Source: an uncultured Candidatus Rokubacteria bacterium
GTDB taxonomy: Bacteria; Methylomirabilota; Methylomirabilia; Rokubacteriales; CSP1-6
NCBI GenBank assembly: GCA_963789955.1
Contig: CAWBMV010000024.1
Coordinates: 1 to 24,782 of the forward strand
DNA length: 24,782 bases
Reading direction: 5' to 3'
The position numbers and the translations under genes are program-made. The notes beneath the pieces were generated by a model, which was given only the letters and a program-made list of their open reading frames with translations, was not told where the DNA came from and made no database searches. Of this stretch, positions 8,178-15,985 are shown piece by piece. The first letter of the stretch is position 1. Every line of letters begins with the position of its first letter.

Positions 8178-8230
8178 CGAGCTCACCGTAACACTTGCTA
8201 CATATCGAGTCAAACGTTACACTGTCAGCC
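8178..8230. promoter_or_regulatory. overlapping divergent sigma70-type promoters plus an inverted-repeat operator (putative ChrB site)
   Basis: Plus strand: TTGCTA (8195-8200), N17, TACACT (8218-8223), 7 nt, chrA ATG. Minus strand: TTGACT (8213-8208), N17, TACGGT (8190-8185), 7 nt, chrB ATG. Imperfect inverted repeat GTAACACTTG (8188-8197), N13, CAAACGTTAC (8211-8220), 8/10 match. AT-rich relative to the flanks. Confidence 0.75.
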
Positions 8231-9421
8231 ATGAAATCAGAACACGCCCACCATCGCGTGCCGATCCGCGAGCTCGTCCGGTACTACCTGCGCCTCGGTC
8301 TCGTCGGATTCGGCGGTCCCGTCGCGCTCGTCGGACAGATGGAGCGCGAGATGGTCGGCGAAAAGAAGTGGCTCACTCGCGAGGAGATGCGCGAGGGCAT
8401 CGCCGTCTGCCAGTCCCTGCCCGGCCCGCTCGCGATCCAGGTCGGCATCTGGATCTCGTACATCCGCGGGGGCTTCTGGGGAGCATGGGCGGGCGGCTGG
8501 GCGTTCATCCTCCCCAACTTCGTGATCGTGACCGCGCTGGGCGCGCTCTACGTCCATTTCGGCGGCCTGTCGTGGGTCACCGCGATCTTCTATGGCGTGA
8601 GCCCGGCCGTCATCGCGCTGATCCTGCACTCCTGCTACCGCTTGACCAAGCTCGGCATGGACGACTGGCTCCAGTGGCTGCTCGCCGCCGTCGCGTTCGC
8701 CGTCACGCTCGCCGTTCGCGCCGAGGTCGCGTGGATCTTCCTCGCCGCCGGCGCCGTCGGGATCCTGTACTACGGTTCGTTGTTCCGGCCGCGCGCGTCC
8801 GCCTCCACGACGTCGTCGCTGCTGCTCGGGATCCCGTTCGTCGCCGCGGTCGGCGGAGACGTTCCCACGAGCGCCATGCTGGGCAAGCTCTTCACCTTCT
8901 TCCTGAAAGCCGGATCGCTCACCTTCGGCAGCGGGCTCGTGATCGTCCCCTTTCTCGAGAAAGGACTGGTCCAGCAGACCGGCTGGCTCAACGAGCGCGA
9001 GTTCCTGGTGGCCGTGGCAATGGGCATGATGAGCCCCGGGCCGGTCGTCATCACGGCCACGTTCGTGGGGTACCTCGTGGCCGGATTCTGGGGCGCGCTG
9101 GTCGCGACGATCGGGATCTTCCTGCCGTCGTTCCTGCTCGTCCTCATCGCGGCCCCCGTGCTGGTGCGCTACCGCACGAACCTCAACGTGCAGGGGTTCA
9201 TCAAGGGCGCGTACGCGGCGGCCATCGGCACGATCCTGGGCGCCTGCGTGCTGCTCGGCCGGATCGCCATCGGCGACTGGCTCACGGCGCTCGTCACGCT
9301 CGTGAGCGTCGTGGTGTTGTTCCGCTGGAAGGTCAGCAATCCCCTGCTCATCGCCGCCGCGGCCACGATCGGACTGATCGCGTTCCCGTTGCTTCAACCC
9401 ACGTGGGTCTTCGTGAAATAG
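8231..9421 (+). CDS. chrA: chromate ion transporter, long-chain bidomain CHR family (copy 1)
   Basis: GLVGFGGP and QSLPGP in the N-half; KAGSLTFGSG and MSPGPVVITATFVGY in the C-half. ATG at 8231, 396 aa. Confidence 0.93.
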   Translation: MKSEHAHHRVPIRELVRYYLRLGLVGFGGPVALVGQMEREMVGEKKWLTREEMREGIAVCQSLPGPLAIQVGIWISYIRGGFWGAWAGGWAFILPNFVIVTALGALYVHFGGLSWVTAIFYGVSPAVIALILHSCYRLTKLGMDDWLQWLLAAVAFAVTLAVRAEVAWIFLAAGAVGILYYGSLFRPRASASTTSSLLLGIPFVAAVGGDVPTSAMLGKLFTFFLKAGSLTFGSGLVIVPFLEKGLVQQTGWLNEREFLVAVAMGMMSPGPVVITATFVGYLVAGFWGALVATIGIFLPSFLLVLIAAPVLVRYRTNLNVQGFIKGAYAAAIGTILGACVLLGRIAIGDWLTALVTLVSVVVLFRWKVSNPLLIAAAATIGLIAFPLLQPTWVFVK

Positions 9422-9430
9422 GAGCCCAGC

Positions 9431-10657
9431 ATGAGCGCTCGCCCGATCCACGAGAGCTGGAAGGACATCGCGGCTCAGTTTCTGAAGATCGGCGCCACGG
9501 CTTACGGTGGCCCCGCCATCCTGGGCATCATGCAGGCCGACCTCCAGGAAAAGCGCCAGTGGGTCTCCAAAGAGCGATTCGTCGAAGGGCTCTCGCTCGT
9601 CAACATGCTCCCCGGCGCGACCGCGGCGCAGCTCAGCATCTTTCTGGGCTACGCGCGCGGCGGATGGTTGGGCGGATTACTCGGCGGGCTGTGCTTCGTG
9701 GTGCCGGGGTTCGTCGTCTTGCTGGCATTGACGATGGGCTACGCCGCCCTGGGCGTCACGCCGGTTCTGCGCGGTGCGCTCTACGGGCTGGGTCCGGTGG
9801 TCATGGGCATCTATCTGGTCGCCGTCTATCGCCTCGGCAAGGCTGCGATGAGCACTCGCTCGCAAGTGCTGATCGCCGTCGCGGCCGCGGCGGCCGCGCT
9901 CGCCGGCCCCGTCGGCGTGGCCGCGATCCTCCTTCTCGCGGGCGGCATCGGGCTCTGGCTCTTTCACTCGAGGAAGCTCGGCGCGGCGGTCCTCGCGTCG
10001 CTCGCGGCGTGCCTTACCGTCGTTCAGGTCCTTGCGCGATCGGCCGCCGTTCCCGCCGTCGTCGCGGCACCCGGAGAGCCGACCCCCGCGAGCCTCGTGG
10101 AGATCGGCGTGTACCTTCTCAAGGTCGGCGCGCTGACGTTCGGCGGCGGCCTCACGATGATCGCGTTCATGCAAGAGCAGGTGGTGAGTCAGTTCCACTG
10201 GCTCACACCCGAAGAGTTCATCGACGGACTGGCGCTCGGCCAGTTCACGCCGGGACCGATTCTGATGGTCGCGGCCTACGTAGGGTACAAGGTCGCGGGA
10301 GTCGCCGGGGCCGTGGTCGGAGGCGCGGCCGCATTCCTGCCGTCGTTCGTCATGATGCTGGCGATTCTTCCGGCACTCGATCGGGTCAGGAAGCTCATGT
10401 GGACGAGGGCGGCGCTCAGAGGCATCGCACCGGCCGTGATCGGCGTCCTCGCCGTCTCGCTGGTGCGGCTGGCGCCCCACGCCCTGCCCGACCGCTTTGC
10501 CATCGTCACGCTGGCGGCGACCGTCGTCGTCCTGATGGTCTGGCGAATGGCGACGCTCAAGATCATGCTCCTGGGAGCGGTCCTCGGGATCGTGCGCAGT
10601 CGGCTCTTCTCGCTTCCGGGAGCGAAGGCAGTGCTATCGACCGTCACGCGCGCGTGA
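9431..10657 (+). CDS. chrA: chromate ion transporter, long-chain bidomain CHR family (copy 2)
   Basis: KIGATAYGGP, NMLPGA, KVGALTFGGG and QFTPGPILMVAAYVGY. AGGAG RBS. 408 aa. Confidence 0.92.
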   Translation: MSARPIHESWKDIAAQFLKIGATAYGGPAILGIMQADLQEKRQWVSKERFVEGLSLVNMLPGATAAQLSIFLGYARGGWLGGLLGGLCFVVPGFVVLLALTMGYAALGVTPVLRGALYGLGPVVMGIYLVAVYRLGKAAMSTRSQVLIAVAAAAAALAGPVGVAAILLLAGGIGLWLFHSRKLGAAVLASLAACLTVVQVLARSAAVPAVVAAPGEPTPASLVEIGVYLLKVGALTFGGGLTMIAFMQEQVVSQFHWLTPEEFIDGLALGQFTPGPILMVAAYVGYKVAGVAGAVVGGAAAFLPSFVMMLAILPALDRVRKLMWTRAALRGIAPAVIGVLAVSLVRLAPHALPDRFAIVTLAATVVVLMVWRMATLKIMLLGAVLGIVRSRLFSLPGAKAVLSTVTRA

Positions 10658-10674
10658 ACGGTTCGGAGGGAGCT

Positions 10675-11082
10675 ATGGTCACCCAGCGGAAAGTCGTCTT
10701 CGTCTGCTTGCACGGCTCGGCCAAGAGCCTCATCGCCGCCGAGTACTTCAACCGCCTCGCGGCCGCGCGTGGTCTCGGTGTGACGGCGACCTCGGCCGGC
10801 ACCGAGCCCGACACGGAGATTCCGCCGCGCGTTGTTCAGGGGCTTCGGGCGGACGGCATCGACGTCGAGGGACGCCGACCACAACGCCCCACCCCGGCCG
10901 ACGTCGAGGGCGCGACGGCCGTCGTGACCTTTGCCTGCGACCTCGGCGAGCTGGCGTCGCGCGCGCCCCGGATCGAGCGCTGGGACGACGTGCCGGCGGT
11001 CAGCGAAGACTTCAAGCGGGCCCGCGATGTCATCGTCGCGCGCGTCACCGGACTCCTCGAGGACCCCGCGCTCCGTCCTTGA
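10675..11082 (+). CDS. ArsC / low-molecular-weight protein tyrosine phosphatase-fold protein with non-canonical P-loop
   Basis: This is the real gene at the 3' end of track ORF 8095..11082. GGAGGGAG RBS, ATG at 10675. VVFVCLHGSAKSLIAAEYF...SAGTEP...VVTFAC...WDDVP. 135 aa. Confidence 0.82.
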   Translation: MVTQRKVVFVCLHGSAKSLIAAEYFNRLAAARGLGVTATSAGTEPDTEIPPRVVQGLRADGIDVEGRRPQRPTPADVEGATAVVTFACDLGELASRAPRIERWDDVPAVSEDFKRARDVIVARVTGLLEDPALRP

Positions 11083-11099
11083 GGCCTTAGCGCTGCGAC

Positions 11100-12962
11100 A
11101 TGTTCGCGTTTCTCTGGGAGATGCGGCCGTACTTCCGGCAGGTCGCCGGCCAGCTCGTGCTGGGATCCGTCGCCGGCATCATCATGAATACCGCCGTCGT
11201 CCTGCCGGCGATCCTCCTCGGTCGGGCGATCGACCGCGCGCTGCTCTGGGAGCGCGGTGCGGCCACGGCCGCCGACGTCGGCTGGGCCGCGCTGGCGTTC
11301 GTGGGCGGCACGTTGCTCACCGAGGTGCCCCGTATCGGCAAACGCTGGTGGCTGATGACGGCCAATGCCCGGATCCGCGCGAACGTACGCGCGGACGCGT
11401 TCCGTGGCGTGCTGGCCTGGCCCATGGCGGACCTGCAGCGGACGCCGCTGGGCGACCTGATGGCGCGTATCGTCGGCGACGTCGAGGTGCTCGGCGTGGG
11501 CGTCCGCGAGTTCACGATCGAGATCTGGGACACCGTGCTCTTCTCTCTCTCCTTCGTCGTGACGATGCTCTTCATCGATCCGAGCCTCACGCTCCTGGCG
11601 CTTTCCCCCGCGCCGGCCGCCATGGTCCTCGCGCACGCGACCGGCCGCTGGGTCGCTCGGCGCACCACGAGGGCGCGCGAGGCGAGTGCCGACCTGACCT
11701 CGGCGATCCAGGAGCATCTCACGGGCATCAGGGTGCTGCGCCTCTTCGGCCGGGCCAGCGCGTCGGTCGAGCGGATCGCCGAGCTGTCGCGACGGTTCGC
11801 GGAGAGCAACTTGAGCCTCGCTCGCCTCAGGGGGGGCTTGCAGCCGATCTACACGACCCTGATGATCGCGGGCGTCGTTCTGATCGTGTGGAAAGGAAGT
11901 GAACGCGTCGTCGCGGGGGCGATGACCGTCGGCCTGTTCGTCGCGTACCTCGAGCTGTTCCTCCGCTTCGTCAACCGCGGTCATCGCATTCCGCAGCTCG
12001 CGAACTCGATCCAGAGCGGTGCTGCAGCGTATGCGCGTCTGCGACCGCTGCTCGCGCCGGCCCTCGGGGTCACCGGCGAGCCTCGCGCTGCCTCCTTCCG
12101 GGCCGGGCACATCGCCGGAATCGCCCGCACCGCGGTCAGACCCACGGCAAGGACTCCAGGTCCCGTCGCCCTCTCGCTCCGCGACCTGACCTTCCGGTAC
12201 CCGGGCGCAGAGACTCCAGCGCTGCGCGGGCTGAACCTCGACGTCCCCGCCGGATTTCTGGTCGGGGTCACGGGGCCCGTCGGCTCCGGCAAGAGTGCCC
12301 TCGCGCGATCGATGCTGGGCATCCATCCGGTCGAGTCGGGAGACGTGCTCATCGACGGCCGTCCCCTCTCGACGCTCCCGCCGGAGCAACGGCGCGGGCT
12401 CATCGGATATCTGCCTCAGGACGCGCTCCTGTTCTCCGGCTCGCTCCGTGAAAACCTTACCCTGGAGCGAGGGAGCGGGCGGCGCGACGATCCACTTCTG
12501 CTGGAGGCCGTGCGCGTGGCGACGCTGGAGGAAGACGTACTCGGCTTTCCGCACGGGCTCGACACCGAGATCGGCGAGCTCGGCGTGCGTATCTCGGGTG
12601 GCCAGCGCCAGCGAGTCGGGCTGGCGCGGGCGATCGCCGCCGCCGCGCCCGGTTTGCCGGGACTCCTGGTGCTGGACGATCCGTTCTCGGCCGTCGACGT
12701 CACGACCGAGGCCCGGATCGTCATGTCGCTGAAGCAGGCGTTCGGCATCGACGCGCCTGCCCAGGACCGTGTGACAATCATCGCGTGCTCGCACCGCCTG
12801 GCGGCGTTTCCGTATGCCGACCTGGTCGTGGTGCTGCAAGACGGTCGGATCGACGCGGTGGGAACTCACGCCGAGCTGATGGCCGCATCCGGCCTGTACG
12901 CCCGTATCTTCCGGGCTCAGCTCAATGCCGAATCGGTGTCGGTCGACGGGACGCGGCGATGA
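11100..12962 (+). CDS. ABC exporter half-transporter (TMD+NBD), degenerate Walker B subunit of a heterodimer
   Basis: Walker A GPVGSGKS, signature ISGGQ, Walker B LLVLDD (catalytic Glu replaced by Asp), D-loop SAVD, H-switch SHR. 620 aa. Confidence 0.92.
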   Translation: MFAFLWEMRPYFRQVAGQLVLGSVAGIIMNTAVVLPAILLGRAIDRALLWERGAATAADVGWAALAFVGGTLLTEVPRIGKRWWLMTANARIRANVRADAFRGVLAWPMADLQRTPLGDLMARIVGDVEVLGVGVREFTIEIWDTVLFSLSFVVTMLFIDPSLTLLALSPAPAAMVLAHATGRWVARRTTRAREASADLTSAIQEHLTGIRVLRLFGRASASVERIAELSRRFAESNLSLARLRGGLQPIYTTLMIAGVVLIVWKGSERVVAGAMTVGLFVAYLELFLRFVNRGHRIPQLANSIQSGAAAYARLRPLLAPALGVTGEPRAASFRAGHIAGIARTAVRPTARTPGPVALSLRDLTFRYPGAETPALRGLNLDVPAGFLVGVTGPVGSGKSALARSMLGIHPVESGDVLIDGRPLSTLPPEQRRGLIGYLPQDALLFSGSLRENLTLERGSGRRDDPLLLEAVRVATLEEDVLGFPHGLDTEIGELGVRISGGQRQRVGLARAIAAAAPGLPGLLVLDDPFSAVDVTTEARIVMSLKQAFGIDAPAQDRVTIIACSHRLAAFPYADLVVVLQDGRIDAVGTHAELMAASGLYARIFRAQLNAESVSVDGTRR

Positions 12963-14770
12963 GCGAATTCGTCGTCACCCGCGACAGCCACGCCGCCGCG
13001 CCTCCCTCGCTGACCGCAAATCTGACGAGCCTGCTGCAGCCCTGGCGGGCGAGAGCCAGCGCCGTCGTCGTGCTCGTGCTCGCCGCCGCGTCGTTCGAGC
13101 TCGCTCCCCCGTTCATCGTTCGCGCGATCGTCGACGACCATCTGCTCGTCGGCCGGTCGGCCGGCCTGCTCCTGCTCGCGATCCTCTATCTCGGCGCCAG
13201 CGCCGCCGTCCAGGCGATGACGTTCCTCTACAGCTACCTCGCCGCGACGATCGCCCAGGGCGTGCTCAGCCGTCTGCGTGTCCGCCTCGTTGCGCATATT
13301 CAGCGGCTCCCCATGAGCCACCTCGACCGGACACCGGTGGGCGATCTGATCAGTCGCTGCACGTCGGACATCGAAACCGTGGACACCGTGTTCTCGTCGG
13401 GCGTCGCCGTTCTCGTGGCGAATCTGGTACGCCTCTTGACCATCACGGTCGGGATGCTCGTGCTCAGTCCCGCCCTCACCCTGGTGGCCGCCCTGGTCGC
13501 GCCGCCGCTCGTGGTCACGCTTCGCTTCCTGCAGGTGCGCGTGCGTCAGTCCGAGCGAGCGACGCGCATCGCGATCGGGGCGCTCACGGCTCGGCTACAG
13601 GAGAGCCTGCGAGGCATCGAGGTCGTTCGCGCGTTCGGCCGTGAGAGCGAAGCGGTCGGAGGATTCCGCCAGGTGCTCGGCGAGGCGCTCGCGGCGTCGA
13701 ACCGTGCCACATGCTTCTCCGCCCTGTACACGCCCGTCACCGCCATGCTGGCGTCGTTGGCGGTCGCCGCCCTGCTGTGGGCCGGGACGCGCCCGACGTT
13801 CGAGACGTTCGGCATCTCGCTCGGCACCTTGGCGGCGTTCCTGATTCTCCTTCAACGCGTCTTCCAGCCGATCACGGCGCTCGGCGAAGAGTGGCAGACG
13901 GTCCAGGGAGCTCTGGCCGGCGCCGAGCGCATCTTCGCAACGCTGGCCCTGGCGCCCGAGAACGCAGGACCGACCACGACGCGGCCGGAGAACAGCCGCG
14001 AACGCCCGGCGATTCACCTGGTCGACGTCGTGTTCGGATACGCCGCGGGCCAGCCGGTGCTGCATCGCACGTCGCTCGCGGTCCGCGCGAGCGAGCACGT
14101 CGCGCTGGTCGGACGAACCGGCGCCGGGAAGACCAGCGCGCTCCAGCTTCTGGCGGGGCTCTACGCTCCGTGGGCCGGAACGGTGCGGATCGCGGGCCGC
14201 GATCCTGCGTCGCTGGACGAATCGGAACGCCGAACGCTCCTGGGCGTGGTGCCTCAGGTGGTGCAGCTGTTCTCAGGAACGGTCTTCGAAAACCTCACGC
14301 TCACGGACGCGTCGGTGCCGGAGGCCGACGTGCTCGAAGCGGCCAGGATCGCGGGTGCCGACGCGTTCATCCGCGCACTCCCGCTGGGCTATCAGACCCT
14401 GCTCAGCAGCAGTAGCGGCGGCAAGGGAGCCCAGCTATCCGCCGGCCAGCAGCAGTTGCTCGCCCTGGCCCGCGCACTCGTGCACAAGCCCGCGGTGCTC
14501 TTGCTGGACGAAGCGACCGCCGCGATCGACGGTGTCAGCGACGCCGCGTTTCGGGCGGCGCTGCGCCAGTGGGTCTTGCCGGCAGGATGCGCCGTTCTGA
14601 CGGTCGCGCATCGCCTGTCGACCGCCATGGAAGCCGACCGGGTGGTCGTGCTGGAAAAGGGCTCGATCGTGGAGGAAGGCTCTCCCGGTGAGCTCGCCGG
14701 CCGCGCCGGCCGCTTCGCCGCCCTGCTCGAGCTGGAGGCCGCCGGCTGGGATTGGCGGTCGAGTCCCTGA
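12959..14770 (+). CDS. ABC exporter half-transporter (TMD+NBD), partner subunit
   Basis: ATG at 12959 with ATGA overlap. Walker A GRTGAGKT, variant signature LSAGQ, Walker B LLLDEAT, VAHR. The pair has the asymmetry typical of TmrAB/BmrCD-type heterodimers. Confidence 0.92.
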   Translation: MSEFVVTRDSHAAAPPSLTANLTSLLQPWRARASAVVVLVLAAASFELAPPFIVRAIVDDHLLVGRSAGLLLLAILYLGASAAVQAMTFLYSYLAATIAQGVLSRLRVRLVAHIQRLPMSHLDRTPVGDLISRCTSDIETVDTVFSSGVAVLVANLVRLLTITVGMLVLSPALTLVAALVAPPLVVTLRFLQVRVRQSERATRIAIGALTARLQESLRGIEVVRAFGRESEAVGGFRQVLGEALAASNRATCFSALYTPVTAMLASLAVAALLWAGTRPTFETFGISLGTLAAFLILLQRVFQPITALGEEWQTVQGALAGAERIFATLALAPENAGPTTTRPENSRERPAIHLVDVVFGYAAGQPVLHRTSLAVRASEHVALVGRTGAGKTSALQLLAGLYAPWAGTVRIAGRDPASLDESERRTLLGVVPQVVQLFSGTVFENLTLTDASVPEADVLEAARIAGADAFIRALPLGYQTLLSSSSGGKGAQLSAGQQQLLALARALVHKPAVLLLDEATAAIDGVSDAAFRAALRQWVLPAGCAVLTVAHRLSTAMEADRVVVLEKGSIVEEGSPGELAGRAGRFAALLELEAAGWDWRSSP

Positions 14771-14821
14771 CGCGCGATAATGCCCGGCACTCGAACTCGA
14801 ATTCGTAGCCGGGAGGATCGC

Positions 14822-15874
14822 ATGGCCAAGAAGATCCTGTTCGTCGGCGCCGGAGCCATTGGGAGTTACATCGGGTCATTCCTGTCAAGGGCCGGCCACG
14901 ACGTGACGCTCGTCGATCCCTGGGCGGAGCAGGTCGAAGCCATCCGCAAGAAGGGCATCTCCGTGACCGGGCCGCATGACCCGTTCGAGGCGCATCCGAA
15001 GGCGTTTCATCTCAACGAGTCGCAGCGCATGCCGCGCGACTTCGACCTGGCCTTCGTCGCCATGAAGGTCTACGACACGGCGTGGGCGGCCCAGCTGGCG
15101 CTCCGGCACCTGAAGCCAGAGGGCTATATCGTCGCGTCCGAAAATTGCTGGCCAGATCCGATCGTCGCGTCGGTGGCCGGCGCCTCGCGCTCCCTCGGTC
15201 TGGTCATGTCGAAGATCGGCGTGGCCCTGTGGAAGCCGGGCCAGGTCGAGCGCGGCGCCGAGAAGGGCCAGGGCACCGGACACGACGTCTTCCGCGTGGG
15301 CGAGCACGACGGCAAAGTCACCGCGCGCGCCAACGAAGTGGCGGAGATGCTCAAGGTGATCGACGGCTCCCAGGTCACCGAGAACCTCTGGGGCGAGCGC
15401 TGGGCCAAGCTCTGCGCGAACGCGATGGGCAACCCCGTGCAGGCCATGTCGGGGCTCGGCTCGTCCGAGATCGCCTCGAGCGAAGTGGGCCGGGCAATCA
15501 CGATCCATCTCGGCGCGGAGTCTGCCCGGGTCGGGCTGGCGCTCGGCTACAAGGTGCCGAAGTTCAATGGCACGACCGTCGATCAGTGGGCCGCCGCCGA
15601 CCGGCGTGACGTCTACGACACCCTGGACCGGATGCTGACGCCGACCTCGGCCGGCGGACGCAACTGGCGCGCCTCGATGGGTCAGGACGTGACCAAGGGC
15701 CGCCCGACCGAGATCGACTACATGAACGGCTACGTGGTGGCGCAGGGCCGCGAGCGCGGCGTGCCCACCCCGGTCTCTGCAGCGACGGTCGAGGCCGTCC
15801 GTGAGGTCGACGCGGGCACGCGCAAGCCGGGCGCCCAGAACATCGGTCTCGTGCTCAAGCGCGCGGGCGTCTAA
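14822..15874 (+). CDS. ketopantoate reductase (PanE/ApbA) family oxidoreductase
   Basis: GGGAGG RBS. Rossmann GAGAIG, WAKLCAN (catalytic Lys region) and SMGQDVTKGRPTEIDYMNG (catalytic Glu region). 350 aa. Confidence 0.88.
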   Translation: MAKKILFVGAGAIGSYIGSFLSRAGHDVTLVDPWAEQVEAIRKKGISVTGPHDPFEAHPKAFHLNESQRMPRDFDLAFVAMKVYDTAWAAQLALRHLKPEGYIVASENCWPDPIVASVAGASRSLGLVMSKIGVALWKPGQVERGAEKGQGTGHDVFRVGEHDGKVTARANEVAEMLKVIDGSQVTENLWGERWAKLCANAMGNPVQAMSGLGSSEIASSEVGRAITIHLGAESARVGLALGYKVPKFNGTTVDQWAAADRRDVYDTLDRMLTPTSAGGRNWRASMGQDVTKGRPTEIDYMNGYVVAQGRERGVPTPVSAATVEAVREVDAGTRKPGAQNIGLVLKRAGV

Positions 15875-15885
15875 TACACGCGCGA

Positions 15886-15930
15886 CCTCGGCCGGCGGGG
15901 CCCAGCCCCGCGACGGCCTGCGGCGCGCAC
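15886..15930. repeat. 45-bp GC-rich palindromic intergenic repeat (REP-like), copy 1
   Basis: cctcggccggcggggcccagccccgcgacggcctgcggcgcgcac, 44/45 identical to 20576-20620. Nested stems GGCCG/CGGCC and GCGGGG/CCCCGC. Confidence 0.85.
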
Positions 15931-15985
15931 AACAGATTCGCGGGCGGACTCTGGACGTCTGCGTGATTCCACAGGGGGATCCGTC

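Noticed and set aside
8095..10674. Upstream 860 codons of the 995-aa plus-strand ORF
   Set aside because: This is an Arg/Gly/Pro-rich off-frame reading of the chrA genes. Only the part from ATG 10675, which has its own RBS, is protein-like.
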